DNA from: Tubulanus polymorphus
Taxonomy: Eukaryota > Animalia > Nemertea
Direction of reading: 5' to 3'
Assembly: GCF_964204645.1 (NCBI RefSeq)
Contig: NC_134030.1
Span: forward strand, 21,040,210-21,104,209
DNA: 64,000 nucleotides
A program made the translations under genes and the position numbers. Position 1 is the first letter of the stretch. Each line of letters opens with the position of its first letter. Positions 63,541 to 64,000 of the stretch are shown here, piece after piece. The notes under the pieces were generated by a model. That model searched no databases and was not told the origin of the DNA. It saw only the letters and a list, made by a program, of their open reading frames with translations.

Positions 63541-64000
63541 TGCATTAACTCATAGTATTTAGTTCCATAGTTCACGTGTGTGAAAATTCAACTCAAAACC
63601 GATTTAAAAAAAAACACTGGAAAATTGATTTATTTTGAGTCTTAGAAGTTACCTTTATCCGTGGATCGTGGAACTGGATCTCTTTTTTCTAAAGGTTTTT
63701 CTCGTAAAATTGAAATCAGGTTAATCGAAAGTTTTTCACAATTTTACGAACAGATGAAGATTGTTTTTTGCTAATGTTCAAAGAAAAAATATTTGTGCGA
63801 TCCAGTTCCATGGTAGTCGTCAGTTAATGAGTTTGACTCTATATATTTAAGATAATTTCAGACTTAGGGTTTGAAAAAATGATACCTTGTCTCTCCTAAT
63901 CAGCTGGGTCATTTTTGTAAACAGCGATAAAATCTGTAATCATTTCTATAACTGCCAGGTCTGTTATTGTCAGCTTTATCGTGATTTAAAAAAATTAATG

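Overview
AT-rich, intron-containing eukaryotic DNA from an invertebrate animal, probably a marine lophotrochozoan (inferred from the GRL101-like and orphan peptide-type GPCRs). Seven protein-coding genes could be reconstructed by hand from splice sites and reading frame. (1) A 3-exon, ~1923-aa CUB/C-type-lectin/LDLa/LRR GPCR of the GRL101 type (-). (2, 3) Two intronless orphan rhodopsin-class GPCRs. (4) A 4-exon, strongly cationic secreted phospholipase A2, enclosed by a ~340-bp inverted repeat pair. (5) A 4-exon GRB2/Drk-like adaptor absent from the ORF track; it has SH3-SH2 only and stops where the C-terminal SH3 exon would begin. (6) The 16-exon INTS10 gene (+), with a candidate U12-type intron. 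(7) The 16-exon MOCOS gene (-). Introns and intergenic DNA are filled with recurring satellites (109, 77, 47, 46, 39, 33, 27 bp units), MITEs (piggyBac-, Harbinger- and Mutator-like) and LINE and MULE remnants. There are also Penelope-like palindromic insertions, one with an intact minimal hammerhead ribozyme. Most short ORFs in the track are repeat translations or exon read-throughs. All family assignments come from recalled motifs; no database searches were run.
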